A stretch of 64,000 bases of DNA from Thermoplasmata archaeon (GCA_021844945.1 JAKBSJ010000003.1:32565-96564); one strand, 5' to 3'. Counted from the first letter of the stretch, positions 18,313 to 28,534 are shown. Made by a program: numbers and translations. The notes: generated by a model from the letters alone, not told the origin.

Positions 18313-19095
18313 TTGGCAGCCGAAGGCGTCCGCAAAGAGCCGAAGTCCGCCGATAACCCGATCCTCTGGGTGGCCCGACCCATGGCCACCGCAGCGCGGC
18401 AATTCGGCAAGAGCCTGATCCGGCCCTCCACGATCGTCTACCCGTTCGAGCGGCTCGAGGACCCCCAGTTCCGCGAAGAGGTAGCGGTCGCCGCCGGCAA
18501 GCCGATCGGGGTCGGCGCGGTCTGGGACAACTACCGCGGGGTCCACGCGCTGAACGTCGCGACCTGCATCTCCTGCAACCTGTGCGCGTTCAGTTGCCCG
18601 GACCTGTGTATCGACATGGTCACCGTGCCGGGCGGGGACCCGAAGCACCCGAAGAAGTGCCCGGAGATCGACTACGGGAAGTGCAGTTACTGCGGCTTCT
18701 GCTCGGACGCCTGCCCCGAGGGCTGCCTCACGATGACGACCCGCTACGAGCTCTCGACGGCCAAACGCTCCGAGATGGTCTACTCCCCCGCGAAGCTCTA
18801 CGAGGTCTTCCAGCGCAAGCTCCCCATGAATCCCGTGCGGATCGAACTACCCGAGAATGAGGATGCCATCCTCTTGGACCCGCCGTTGTGCATTGGCTGC
18901 AACGCGTGCTCTCGCGATTGCCCTACGCAGTGCATCACGATGATCGACATCCCGAAGGTCGGGCCGAAACCGGGGGAGAAGCCGGCGAAGCGCATCTGGA
19001 AGGAGCCGGTCATCAACGATTCCGACTGCGTTCGATGCGGCACGTGTATCAGCGTCTGTCCGAAGGAATGTCTGTTCTGGGGGAGTAGGACGTGA
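18313..19095 (+). CDS. nuoI: Complex I-like subunit I with four [4Fe-4S] motifs
   Basis: TIVYPFE, YRGVH and four CxxCxxCxxxCP motifs; TTG start after AAGGAGG. Confidence 0.92.
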   Translation: MAAEGVRKEPKSADNPILWVARPMATAARQFGKSLIRPSTIVYPFERLEDPQFREEVAVAAGKPIGVGAVWDNYRGVHALNVATCISCNLCAFSCPDLCIDMVTVPGGDPKHPKKCPEIDYGKCSYCGFCSDACPEGCLTMTTRYELSTAKRSEMVYSPAKLYEVFQRKLPMNPVRIELPENEDAILLDPPLCIGCNACSRDCPTQCITMIDIPKVGPKPGEKPAKRIWKEPVINDSDCVRCGTCISVCPKECLFWGSRT

Positions 19096-19580
19096 GCCTC
19101 GAGGAACTCGCGTTCCTCGTGCTCGCGCTCGTCGCGGTGGCGACGGCGCTGCTCGCCCTCTTCGTCCGCGAACTCGTACACACGATCCTATGGATCGGCG
19201 TCTTCTTCGTCGACCTCTCGGCGATCTACTTCTTGATCGACGCCCCCTTCCTCGGCGTGCTCCAGCTCGGCGTCTATGCGGGGGCGGTGACGATCCTGCT
19301 CCTCTTCGGGATCATGGTCACGCGCAAGCGGATCTTCTCCCGCGAAGCGATCACCGGTATCGGCGCCCTTCCGGCCGCGCTTGCGGTCGCGACGTTCGTG
19401 TTTCTCGCACTGGTCGTCGGGGAGTTTCCCAGCGGCGAGCAGGCGATCACATCCTACGGCGTGACCGATCTCAGCCATGCGCTGTTCAGCCAATTCGGCG
19501 TCTATCTTCTGCTGCTCGGCCTCGTGATGCTCGGTGCTCTCGCCGGCGCGATCTATCTTGTTCGGGAGGGACGCGAGTGA
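19092..19580 (+). CDS. nuoJ: Complex I-like subunit J
   Basis: LQLGVYAGAVTILLLFGIM; five TM helices. Confidence 0.92.
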   Translation: MSLEELAFLVLALVAVATALLALFVRELVHTILWIGVFFVDLSAIYFLIDAPFLGVLQLGVYAGAVTILLLFGIMVTRKRIFSREAITGIGALPAALAVATFVFLALVVGEFPSGEQAITSYGVTDLSHALFSQFGVYLLLLGLVMLGALAGAIYLVREGRE

Positions 19581-19903
19581 CGACTCTTTCGATCGACGGC
19601 TTCATCGGCCTCTCGATCGCGCTGCTCGCGATCTCGATCTTCGGGATCCTCACGCGCCGGAACTTCATCCTGCTCCTGATCTCGGTCGAGATCGGGATGA
19701 ACGCCGCCATCCTCAACTTCCTCTTCTTCGCGGCCTTCCCGAACCGGAGCCCGTTCTTCGACGGGCTTCAGGGACAGTCGATTGCGATCGTTCTCGTGGG
19801 CCTCGCGGCGACCGAGGTCGCGGTGGGGCTCGCGATCGTGCTCGCATTGAACCGATTGAAAGGAACCATCAACGTCGCCGAGGCGTCGAGCCTCCGGGAA
19901 TAG
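19577..19903 (+). CDS. nuoK: Complex I-like subunit K
   Basis: RRNFILLLISVEIGMNA, AATEVAVGLAI; the GTG overlaps the nuoJ stop. Confidence 0.94.
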   Translation: MTTLSIDGFIGLSIALLAISIFGILTRRNFILLLISVEIGMNAAILNFLFFAAFPNRSPFFDGLQGQSIAIVLVGLAATEVAVGLAIVLALNRLKGTINVAEASSLRE

Positions 19904-19916
19904 GAGGAGGAACCGA

Positions 19917-21932
19917 TTGGATTTCTGGACCGAACTGGATCAATGGGCACTTCTCGTCCCGTTGTTCCCCGCGCTGGCCTTCGTGATCATCGGCTCGCTC
20001 GGCGAGCGGCTGAAGCGGTTCGAGCACGGTGGCTGGGTCGCGGTCGTCTTCGCGGGCCTCTCGATGGTCCTGGGCTTCCTGATCGCGATCGGCGAGATGC
20101 TCGGCCCGGGCACCTACGTCGACGTCCACACCACGTGGTTCTCAATCCCCGCGAGCACCGGGTTCCCGAAGGGGTTCTCCCTCGTCATGGGAACGCTGGT
20201 CGATCCGATCTCGGCGTTGATGCTCATCGTCGTCACCCTCGTCGGGTTCGTCGTCATGCTGTACTCGATCGGGTACATGCACCGGGACACCGGACTCCCG
20301 CGCTACTACGCGATCCTCTCTCTGTTCCTGACCGCGATGCTCGGCGTGGTCCTCGCGGACAACCTCCTGATGTTCTTCCTCTTCTGGGAGCTGGTCGGTG
20401 TCTGTTCCTACTTCCTCATTGGCTTCTATTACGCGAAGCCGAGCGCCGCGAGCGCGGCGAAGCAGGCGTTCATCGTCACCCGCGTCGGCGATGTCCTCTT
20501 CCTCGCAGGAATTTTCATTTACTTCTCGATCTACGCGGCGGCGGACCCCACCTGGGCCGCGAGCGGCTTCCTGTTCACGAACGGCAACTCGGCGTTTCTG
20601 AACCTCGGTGTGGGCGTCAACTCGAACCTGCTGACGCTCGCGGGGCTCTTCCTGCTCGCCGGGGCTGCCGGCAAGAGCGCTCAGTTCCCCCTCGATTCCT
20701 GGTTGCCGGACGCGATGGAGGGCCCGACGACCGTCAGTGCCCTCATTCACGCCGCGACGATGGTCGCCGCTGGCGTCTATCTCCTGGTCATCGGGAGCCT
20801 CTTCCTCGGTTTCACTTCGATCGATGACTTTGCCATCGTCGCAATCGGCGGCTTCACCACCATCTGGGCCGCATCGATGGCCTGCACCCACACGGACATC
20901 AAACGCGTAATCGCCTACTCGACGGTCAGTCAGTTAGGATACATGGTCCTCGCCGTGGGAGCCGGCTTCGCGATGGTGGGCCTGTTCCATCTGTACACTC
21001 AGGCGATGTTCAAGGCCCTGCTCTTCCTCGCCGCGGGGTCGGTGATCCACGCCGTCACGACGCAGGATCTGTTCAAGATGGGAGGCCTGCGCAAGAAGAT
21101 GCGGTACACCGCCTTCGCGTTCCTCGCGGGCGCGTTCGCGTTATCCGGGATACCCCCGTTCGCGGGGTACTGGAGCAAGGACGACATCCTCTCTTCGCTC
21201 TACGGCCAGCTGGCGACGCACCCGGAGTACTGGCCGTTCTACCTGATGGCCCTCGCGACCGTCTTCCTGACGAGCTACTACATCTTCCGCGCCTACTTCC
21301 TCGCCTTCGAGGGACCGACGTCGCGCGAGCCGGGGCTGGCCGATCACGCCCACGAGTCTCCGTGGGTGATGCGCGTCCCGATGCTGATCCTCTCGGGGAT
21401 GGCCATCGTCGGGGGCATGTTCGTCTTTATCCCCGGATTCGCGAGCCTGTTCGATCCGGCGCTCACGAGCGCCGCGTTCCCGGTGACCCTCCCGCTCAAC
21501 ATCCCCCCGAGCTACCCGCTGATCGACATCGAGCTATCGGCGATTTCCGTGGTCCTCGCCGTGCTCGGGATCCTCGTCGCGTGGCGACTTTGGGGGAACG
21601 GACGGATCGCGCCTCTGCCGAGATCCCGGCCGGCCCGGGCCATGCACCACCTTCTCGCCGAGCGCTACTACATGAAGCGAGCCTACGATTGGATTGCCGC
21701 GACCGGCGCCTACACCGTCGCGCGTGGCGCGGACTTCGTCGACCGGTTCGTTATCGATGGGACCGTGCGGGGCTTCGAGCGCACCTTTGCCGGCCTCTCG
21801 CAGCGCATGCGAAAGATCCAAACCGGGGTCGTCTCGGACTATGCGGCCTACGTCATCGCGGGCTTGATCGCGCTGTTCGTGATCGTGCTGTTCGTCGCCC
21901 CATGGCTGGTCTCGAAACTGGGAGGGGGCTAG
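19917..21932 (+). CDS. nuoL: Complex I-like subunit L
   Basis: WELVGVCSYFLIGF, GKSAQFPL, WLPDAMEGPTTVSALIHAATMV, C-terminal lateral helix ending in IQTG. Confidence 0.96.
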   Translation: MDFWTELDQWALLVPLFPALAFVIIGSLGERLKRFEHGGWVAVVFAGLSMVLGFLIAIGEMLGPGTYVDVHTTWFSIPASTGFPKGFSLVMGTLVDPISALMLIVVTLVGFVVMLYSIGYMHRDTGLPRYYAILSLFLTAMLGVVLADNLLMFFLFWELVGVCSYFLIGFYYAKPSAASAAKQAFIVTRVGDVLFLAGIFIYFSIYAAADPTWAASGFLFTNGNSAFLNLGVGVNSNLLTLAGLFLLAGAAGKSAQFPLDSWLPDAMEGPTTVSALIHAATMVAAGVYLLVIGSLFLGFTSIDDFAIVAIGGFTTIWAASMACTHTDIKRVIAYSTVSQLGYMVLAVGAGFAMVGLFHLYTQAMFKALLFLAAGSVIHAVTTQDLFKMGGLRKKMRYTAFAFLAGAFALSGIPPFAGYWSKDDILSSLYGQLATHPEYWPFYLMALATVFLTSYYIFRAYFLAFEGPTSREPGLADHAHESPWVMRVPMLILSGMAIVGGMFVFIPGFASLFDPALTSAAFPVTLPLNIPPSYPLIDIELSAISVVLAVLGILVAWRLWGNGRIAPLPRSRPARAMHHLLAERYYMKRAYDWIAATGAYTVARGADFVDRFVIDGTVRGFERTFAGLSQRMRKIQTGVVSDYAAYVIAGLIALFVIVLFVAPWLVSKLGGG

Positions 21933-21936
21933 GCCG

Positions 21937-23406
21937 ATGAGCGTACCGCTGATCAGCATCACGCTCGCATCACTCGCCGTAGGAACGGTCGCGACGTTCC
22001 TCGCCGGCCGCTATGCGCGCTGGGTCGCGCTCGGAACGTCGCTCCTCTTCCTCCTCGAGATCGGACTGATGTTCTGGGGCTATTCGTGGCCGGGGTTGCT
22101 GAATGGGATCCCCCAGTTCGCCTTCTACGAATCGCACGCGTGGATCTCGATCGGTTGGCTGAACATCAACTACACCGTCGGGGTCGACGGGATCTCGCTG
22201 GTGATGATCCTCCTGACGGGGATCCTCCAGATCGCGACCGTGATCTACACGTGGAACGAGCGGAACCGGCCCGGGGCATGGTTCGGCCTCGTGCTGCTCA
22301 CGTGCCTCGGATGCTTCGGAGTGTTCGTCGCGCTCGACATCCTGTTCTTCTTCCTATTCTGGGAGGCCGTCCTCGTGCCGATGTTCTTCATCATCGGCTA
22401 CTGGGGTGGCCCGAACCGACGCTACGCTGCGATCAAATTTTTCGTGTACACCCACGTCGCGAGCATCGTGATGCTCGTGGGGCTCTTGGCCCTCGCTTTC
22501 TACTCTCACGCCGCTTCGCTCGACTTCGCCGCGGTGTACGCGGCGGAGCCGGCGCTGACGGGCGTCGTTCCGGCGTTCCTGTTCCTGGCGCTTTTCTTCG
22601 GTTTCGGCGTCAAGTTCCCGATCGTTCCGTTCCATACGTGGCTGCCCGACGCGCATGTCGAGGCCCCGACCGGCGGATCTGTGCTGCTCGCGGGACTGCT
22701 GCTCAAACTCGGAGCGTACGGGCTGATCCGGTGGGGCGTGGAGGTGATCCCGAACGGCTTCCACACGGACACGCCGCTGCTGCTCATCATCGCGTTCATC
22801 TCGATCATCTGGGGCTCGGTCCTCTCGCTCAGCCAGCGGGATCTGAAGCGGATGGTCGCCTACTCGTCGATCAATCACATGGGCATTGTCCTGCTCGCGA
22901 TCGCGCTCAACAGCGAGCTCGGGCTCGTGGCCGCGCTGTTCCTGATGTTCGCCCACGGTATCGTAAGCGCGCTTCTCTTCATGACCGCGGGGAGCACGCA
23001 CGACATCTACGGGACGCGCGACATCCCCAGCCTCGGAGGGACTGCGAGCGCCACGCCCCGCTTAGCGACGGCGATCATGATCGGGAGTCTGGCCTCTTTG
23101 GGTCTTCCGGCGCTGATCAGCTTCCCGGCCGAATTCACCGCGCTGCTCGCCACCTGGCAGGCGATCACGTACTGGGTCCTGATCCCGCTGATCGTCCTCG
23201 TCGTGACCGCCGGATTCTACATCTGGATGATGCAACGCGTCCTGTTCGGTCCCCCGAAAGGAATCCCGAACCCGGTCCACGATCTCCCGACCCTCGAGGT
23301 GATCGCGATGGGGATCCTCCTCGCTTTCACGGTCCTGTTCGGGGTTTTGCCGAACCTGCTCGTCCATTGGATCGTGATGTCGCCGGTCGGAGTGTGGCCG
23401 CTGTGA
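21937..23406 (+). CDS. nuoM: Complex I-like subunit M
   Basis: FWEAVLVPMFF, PFHTWLPDAHVEAP, LLKLGAYG, AYSSINHMG. Confidence 0.96.
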   Translation: MSVPLISITLASLAVGTVATFLAGRYARWVALGTSLLFLLEIGLMFWGYSWPGLLNGIPQFAFYESHAWISIGWLNINYTVGVDGISLVMILLTGILQIATVIYTWNERNRPGAWFGLVLLTCLGCFGVFVALDILFFFLFWEAVLVPMFFIIGYWGGPNRRYAAIKFFVYTHVASIVMLVGLLALAFYSHAASLDFAAVYAAEPALTGVVPAFLFLALFFGFGVKFPIVPFHTWLPDAHVEAPTGGSVLLAGLLLKLGAYGLIRWGVEVIPNGFHTDTPLLLIIAFISIIWGSVLSLSQRDLKRMVAYSSINHMGIVLLAIALNSELGLVAALFLMFAHGIVSALLFMTAGSTHDIYGTRDIPSLGGTASATPRLATAIMIGSLASLGLPALISFPAEFTALLATWQAITYWVLIPLIVLVVTAGFYIWMMQRVLFGPPKGIPNPVHDLPTLEVIAMGILLAFTVLFGVLPNLLVHWIVMSPVGVWPL

Positions 23407-23419
23407 TCGGAGGTACTCG

Positions 23420-25072
23420 ATGTCCCTGATCGCCACGGGGCTGGACTTCCTCCCGGAGATCCTGCTGCTCGCCGGTGCGTTGCTCGTCTTCCTGATGGAC
23501 GCGGTGGGGATCCGGCGGATCGAGGTCGTCGGATCGATCGCGGTCGGCGCGATCCTCTTCGCGATGCTCCTCGTCTTCGCCGACCTCGGGTTCGCCCCGG
23601 TCGCCTTCCTCGCGACGATCCCGCGGAGCCAGATCGACATCGTCCCGGCCGTGGGATCCACGCCACTGTACTGGTTCACGAGCCTCGGGCTCTTCTTCCA
23701 GGTCTTCTTCCTAATCGCGGCGTTCCTCGTCGCGCTCGCCTCGATGAGCCGGCCCTCGCGCGAGCGGGGCGCGGCGGTGTTCTACGGCATGATACTGCTC
23801 GCGACGCTCGGCATGATGCTGGTCGCGGTCGCGAGCGATCTCATCTTCCTGCTGATCGCGATCGAGGTCGTCAGCATCCCCTCCTACCTCCTGGTCGCGT
23901 ACACTCGGCGCGACGCTCGCTCGATGGAGGCGGCGATGAAGTTCTTCATCGTCGGAGCGCTGTCGACCGTCCTCTCGTTCTTTGGCGCCTCCTTCCTATA
24001 CGGCGCATACGGCACGACGAACCTCTTCGTCCTTGCGTCGGGCAGCGCCATCAGCAACGGGGCGTTCGGGGGCGGAGGCTTCCCGCTCCTGGTCGTGATC
24101 GGCTACTGCCTATTGATCGCGGGCCTCGCGTTCAAGATCACGCTCGTTCCGTTCCACGCGTGGGCGGTCGATGTCTACGACGGAGCCCCGGACGACGTCT
24201 CGGCGTTCTTAGCCGGCGGAACGAAGAAGATCGGCCTCTTCGCGTTCTTCCTCGTCTTTCTGGGACCGGTTCTCCTGGTCCGAGGGACGGTCGAGTTCCA
24301 GTGGTTCGGCGGCATCGGAGCGGTAGCCCTCGGCCCGGTTCTCCAGGTCGTGCTGAGCATCCTCGCGGTCGTGACGATGACCGTGGGCAACGTGCTCGCC
24401 CTGATGCAGAAGAGCATGAAACGGATGCTCGCCTATTCGTCGATCAGCCAGGCCGGATATATGTTCATCGGGATCGCGATCGGCACGGCGCCGGCGCTCA
24501 CCGGAGCGAGCCTCCAGGTCTTCGCGCACGTCTTCATGAAGACTGGAGCTTTCCTCGTCGTCGCAGCCGCCGCCGGGCTCGGGGTCGGGCCGCTTATCGC
24601 CGATTGGCGCGGGATGGGACAGAGGCACCCCTGGCTGAGCGTGGCGTTCGCCCTCATGCTCCTGAGCCTCGCGGGCGTCCCACTGACGATCGGTTTCTTG
24701 TCAAAGTTCGTCCTCTTCAGCGCGGCGATCGAAGCGCAGGGGTACTTCGTCTGGCTCGCGGTGGCCGGACTCCTGAACAGCGCCCTCAGCGTCTTCTACT
24801 ACGGGCGGGTCCTGAAGGTAATGTACTTCGATGCGCCCGAGAGGGGACCCGTCATACCGACTTCTACGGAGGCGAGCGTCCCGTCCCCCGGCGCTCCGAA
24901 CGGACGGGGGGCCGTTTCCGCCATCGGACTCGGCGCCGGTGGCATCGGCTACGCTCGTGCCACGACCATCGCCCTCATCGCGATCGTGATCGTAGCCCTT
25001 GGAGTGTATCCGGGCCCGCTTCTCCAGCCTCTCGCGGCCGCCGCTCAGCATTTCGTCAACCTCGCGTTCTAG
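23420..25072 (+). CDS. nuoN: Complex I-like subunit N
   Basis: EAAMKFF, FKITLVPFHAWAVDVYDGAP, KRMLAYSSISQAGY, SLAGVPLTIGF. Confidence 0.95.
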   Translation: MSLIATGLDFLPEILLLAGALLVFLMDAVGIRRIEVVGSIAVGAILFAMLLVFADLGFAPVAFLATIPRSQIDIVPAVGSTPLYWFTSLGLFFQVFFLIAAFLVALASMSRPSRERGAAVFYGMILLATLGMMLVAVASDLIFLLIAIEVVSIPSYLLVAYTRRDARSMEAAMKFFIVGALSTVLSFFGASFLYGAYGTTNLFVLASGSAISNGAFGGGGFPLLVVIGYCLLIAGLAFKITLVPFHAWAVDVYDGAPDDVSAFLAGGTKKIGLFAFFLVFLGPVLLVRGTVEFQWFGGIGAVALGPVLQVVLSILAVVTMTVGNVLALMQKSMKRMLAYSSISQAGYMFIGIAIGTAPALTGASLQVFAHVFMKTGAFLVVAAAAGLGVGPLIADWRGMGQRHPWLSVAFALMLLSLAGVPLTIGFLSKFVLFSAAIEAQGYFVWLAVAGLLNSALSVFYYGRVLKVMYFDAPERGPVIPTSTEASVPSPGAPNGRGAVSAIGLGAGGIGYARATTIALIAIVIVALGVYPGPLLQPLAAAAQHFVNLAF

Positions 25073-25081
25073 GGGGCACCG

Positions 25082-26182
25082 ATGGAACGCTACGACGTCG
25101 TGGTCGTAGGCGCGGGACCCGCGGGCTCGTGCGCGGCACGGGCGGCCGCCGGGTCCGGTGCGCGTACTCTCTTCGTGGACCGACGTCCCGAGCTCGGCCA
25201 TCCGGTCCAGTGCGGGGAGTTCCTGCCGACCCCGGAAGAGCTCGGGGACATCTTCGACGCGCCACAGCTCATCCACCGGGGATTCGAGGTCCCCAAGGAG
25301 TCGATCCTGCGTGCGACGCGTGCGATGGTCTGTGTCTCCCCCTTCGGCCATCGCTTTCGGTTCCCGCTGTCGGGCTACACGGTCTCCCGTCGCGCGTTCG
25401 ATAAGGCGCTTGCCTACCGCGCGGAGTCGGAGGGAGCCGAGCTGCGCCATCCGGTCGGGGTCACAGGGGTCGACGGCGCGACGGTGCGTTTCGCGAACGG
25501 TACCCGGGTGGAGGCCGGGGTGATCGTAGCCGCGGACGGCCCTCTCAGCACCGTCGGCCGCTCTCTCGGGTATGCTCCCCCGCGAGAGATGTTCCGGATG
25601 ATCACCGCAACGGTCGATTCTGTCTTCGAGGATGAGATCGAGCTCTTCTTCGGCCGGGTCGCCCCCGGCGGCTACGCATGGGCATTTCCGCGTGCGGACG
25701 ACCTCAACGTGGGCCTCGGGATCGACTCTCGCTCATCAGGGCTCGGCCTCGACCGCCTCCTGGATAAGTTTGTCCGCAGCGCCGATCTCGCCCCAGCGCA
25801 CGACCGCACGCGCTGGTGGGTCCCGATCGGGCCACCACCCGAGCGCCTGAGCGCCGGACGGATCCTCTTCGCAGGAGATGCCGCGAACCTCGTCATGGCG
25901 ACGAACGGGGGGGGAATCCCGACCGCCATGCTCAGCGGCTGGCTCGCGGGGGAGGCGGCCGCCGCCCACGTACGGCAGGGAACCCCGCTGTCCGAGTATG
26001 ATCGCGCGGTCACCGAGGCGATGGCGGTCCCGCTCGCCCGGGCATACCGGATCCAACGGGCCACCGAGCGGGTTGCCCGCTCCAACGTCGTATTGGCGCT
26101 GGGAATGCGCTATATTGGCGCGGCCGGTCTCGACGAGGTGATGCGCCTGCGCTGGCCGGCGCGTCTCGGAAGGAACTCATGA
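25082..26182 (+). CDS. Geranylgeranyl reductase family flavoprotein
   Basis: VVGAGPAG, PVQCGE, GGYAWAFP...NVGLG, AGDAA...GGGI. Confidence 0.92.
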   Translation: MERYDVVVVGAGPAGSCAARAAAGSGARTLFVDRRPELGHPVQCGEFLPTPEELGDIFDAPQLIHRGFEVPKESILRATRAMVCVSPFGHRFRFPLSGYTVSRRAFDKALAYRAESEGAELRHPVGVTGVDGATVRFANGTRVEAGVIVAADGPLSTVGRSLGYAPPREMFRMITATVDSVFEDEIELFFGRVAPGGYAWAFPRADDLNVGLGIDSRSSGLGLDRLLDKFVRSADLAPAHDRTRWWVPIGPPPERLSAGRILFAGDAANLVMATNGGGIPTAMLSGWLAGEAAAAHVRQGTPLSEYDRAVTEAMAVPLARAYRIQRATERVARSNVVLALGMRYIGAAGLDEVMRLRWPARLGRNS

Positions 26183-27234
26183 GCAGCTCTCCGCCCGGGG
26201 ACGGAGCCGAAGCGTCGTTCGAGTCGCTGGTCGCGCAGTCCATCGGAAACGAACCGCTCGGCCGGCTGACCGACCTCCTGCCGGTGCTGGGCCGGGATCT
26301 CTCGGAGATCGATTGGCGCATCCAGGAGATCCTCGGCGCCCGCTACGCGACACTGTCGGAGTCGGCCCAGTACGCGACCCAGATGGGCGGTAAGCGGGTT
26401 CGACCGCTCCTGATGTCCGCCTACTACCGCGCGCTGGGCGCGAGCTCGACCGAGCGAATCCACGCCCTCGCCGCTGCCTTCCAGCTGATCCACACTGCGA
26501 GCCTCGTGCACGACGACGTCATCGACCACTCCGACACCCGCCGCGGCCGGCCGTCCATGCCGCGGGCCTACGGAGTTCCCTTGTCGATCGTGACCGGGGA
26601 CTACCTCTTCGTGCGCGCGTTCGAGCTGGCGGCGGAGTATCCCCGGTCGGTCATCCTGAGGTGCGGGGAGTCCTGCGCGGACCTCGTCGAGGGCGAGGTA
26701 CTCCAGGAAGCCGGTCGCTTCGAGCTCTCCGTAGGGAAGGAGCACTACTTCCGGGTCGTGGAGCGCAAGACCGCCGCGATCGTCGCCGCCGCGCTCGCCT
26801 CATGCGCCGAACTCATGGGGCTGGACGCCGAGGGGATCGAGGCTGCGACGACCTTCGGCGCCTCGCTCGGCATCACCTTCCAGATCCGCGACGACATGCT
26901 CGACGTGTTCGGCGACCCCGACCTGATGGGCAAACCCCTGTACGCGGACTTCCGGGAGGGGAATCCCACGCTCGTCTCGCTCGAGACCTACGCCCGGCTC
27001 GACGGAAAACGCCAAGCTGAGTTCGAGCGGATGTTCCAGCTCCGCCGCAAGGGAGCGCGTCACCTACTCCGCATGCGCGAGCTTGCCGAGGAGGCCGGTG
27101 CCGAAGCGGTCGTAGGCGAACAGGCGCTCTGGTGGGCCGAGCGCGCCGTCCGGGCCCTCGATAGTTTGCCCGAGGGCCCGTACCGTGCCTTGCTCGAGCG
27201 GATCGCTCGGACCGTTGCTGGGCGCCGCGCGTGA
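26179..27234 (+). CDS. trans-Polyprenyl diphosphate synthase, probably medium/long chain
   Basis: GGKRVRP, ASLVHDDVID...RRG (small Ala five residues before the first Asp-rich motif), FQIRDDMLD. Confidence 0.93.
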   Translation: MSSSPPGDGAEASFESLVAQSIGNEPLGRLTDLLPVLGRDLSEIDWRIQEILGARYATLSESAQYATQMGGKRVRPLLMSAYYRALGASSTERIHALAAAFQLIHTASLVHDDVIDHSDTRRGRPSMPRAYGVPLSIVTGDYLFVRAFELAAEYPRSVILRCGESCADLVEGEVLQEAGRFELSVGKEHYFRVVERKTAAIVAAALASCAELMGLDAEGIEAATTFGASLGITFQIRDDMLDVFGDPDLMGKPLYADFREGNPTLVSLETYARLDGKRQAEFERMFQLRRKGARHLLRMRELAEEAGAEAVVGEQALWWAERAVRALDSLPEGPYRALLERIARTVAGRRA

Positions 27235-28475
27235 GGAGTCGGCGCCCCCGGGCCTCGAGGCACCGGCTCCGGGGGGCGGGACGGAGGGTGGGGACCTCGA
27301 CCCGGGCCGTGCGACGACCGTTGACGCCGGCCCGGCTCGTCCGGAGCCCACCCCGACGATCCGGCATCGAGGCATGGAGCAACCTCACGGATCTCGAGGC
27401 TGCCGCCCGCGCGCGGCTCCCTATCGACGTCTGGGACTACATCTCGGGAGGGGCGGGCGAGGAGCGAACCCTCGCCGATAACGTCGAAGCGTTCCGCCAC
27501 TGGGCGATCCGCCCGCATGTGCTGACCGGCGCATCGGCGATCGACCTTTCAACGACCCTGCTCGGCGCGGACGTTCCCGTTCCATTCTTCGCCGCTCCCA
27601 CGGCGTATCTCGGCGGAATCCACCCTTCGGGCGAGGCAGCGATCGCTCGGGCGGCTGGGGCCCGGGGCATCCTCGCGGCGTTCAGCACGCTCTCTTCGCG
27701 TTCTATCGAGGAGATCGCGGCGGCATCGGGAGCGGGCCCCCGCTGGTTTCAGCTCTATCGGCAAGCCGCGCCCGAAGTAAGCCGGCGGCTCGTCGAGCGC
27801 GCGGAAGCGGCCGGCTACCGCGCGATCGTGCTCACGGCCGACGCTCCCGTGCTTGGCGTCCGGGATCGCCAGGCACGGACGGGTTTCGGGATCGATCCGA
27901 CGCCGCCACTCGGCAATGGACGGGACGTCCGCTCCCCGCCCCGGACTCTGGCGCCCGAAGCAGGAACCTTCCGAGTACCGGGCGAGAGCTCTGCAGGATT
28001 CGAGGCGATCGACGAAATCCGTTCGTGGACACGACTACCGGTCCTCGTCAAGGGAATCCTGACGGCCGAGGACGCTCGCCGGGCCCGCGAGCACGGGGCC
28101 TCCGGCGTCGTGGTCTCGAACCATGGGGGGCGACAACTCGACGGCGCGATCGCTGCCCTGGACGCACTCCCCGAGGTCGTCCGCGAGGTCGGGGAGCGAG
28201 TTGAAGTGTACCTGGACGGCGGGGTCCGCCGAGCCAGCGATATCCTCATCGCGCTCGCGCAGGGAGCCCGCGCTGTCGGGATCGGGCGACCGATCCTTTG
28301 GGCGCTGGCGGTCGGTGGCGCCGAGGGGGTGGGACGGTACCTCGATCTGCTGACCCGCGAGCTCGTTACCGCGATGGCGATCTGCGGTCGAGCGCGGATC
28401 TCCGAGGTCGACGCCACCCTGGTCGTCGAGCGGCCACCGTTTCGCTCGGGGGCCGGCAGCGCGCGGACCGGGTGA
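27231..28475 (+). CDS. FMN-dependent alpha-hydroxy acid oxidase/dehydrogenase; start GTG 27231 or TTG 27321
   Basis: DYISGGAGEE, WFQLY, LTADAP, VKGIL, VSNHGGRQLD, DGGVRR. Confidence 0.93.
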   Translation: MRSRRPRASRHRLRGAGRRVGTSTRAVRRPLTPARLVRSPPRRSGIEAWSNLTDLEAAARARLPIDVWDYISGGAGEERTLADNVEAFRHWAIRPHVLTGASAIDLSTTLLGADVPVPFFAAPTAYLGGIHPSGEAAIARAAGARGILAAFSTLSSRSIEEIAAASGAGPRWFQLYRQAAPEVSRRLVERAEAAGYRAIVLTADAPVLGVRDRQARTGFGIDPTPPLGNGRDVRSPPRTLAPEAGTFRVPGESSAGFEAIDEIRSWTRLPVLVKGILTAEDARRAREHGASGVVVSNHGGRQLDGAIAALDALPEVVREVGERVEVYLDGGVRRASDILIALAQGARAVGIGRPILWALAVGGAEGVGRYLDLLTRELVTAMAICGRARISEVDATLVVERPPFRSGAGSARTG

Positions 28476-28534
28476 ACGAGCGCGGCCGCCCTCTTCGGGT
28501 GGAGAGAAAGCTAATTACGACCCGTCCCGGCCTC

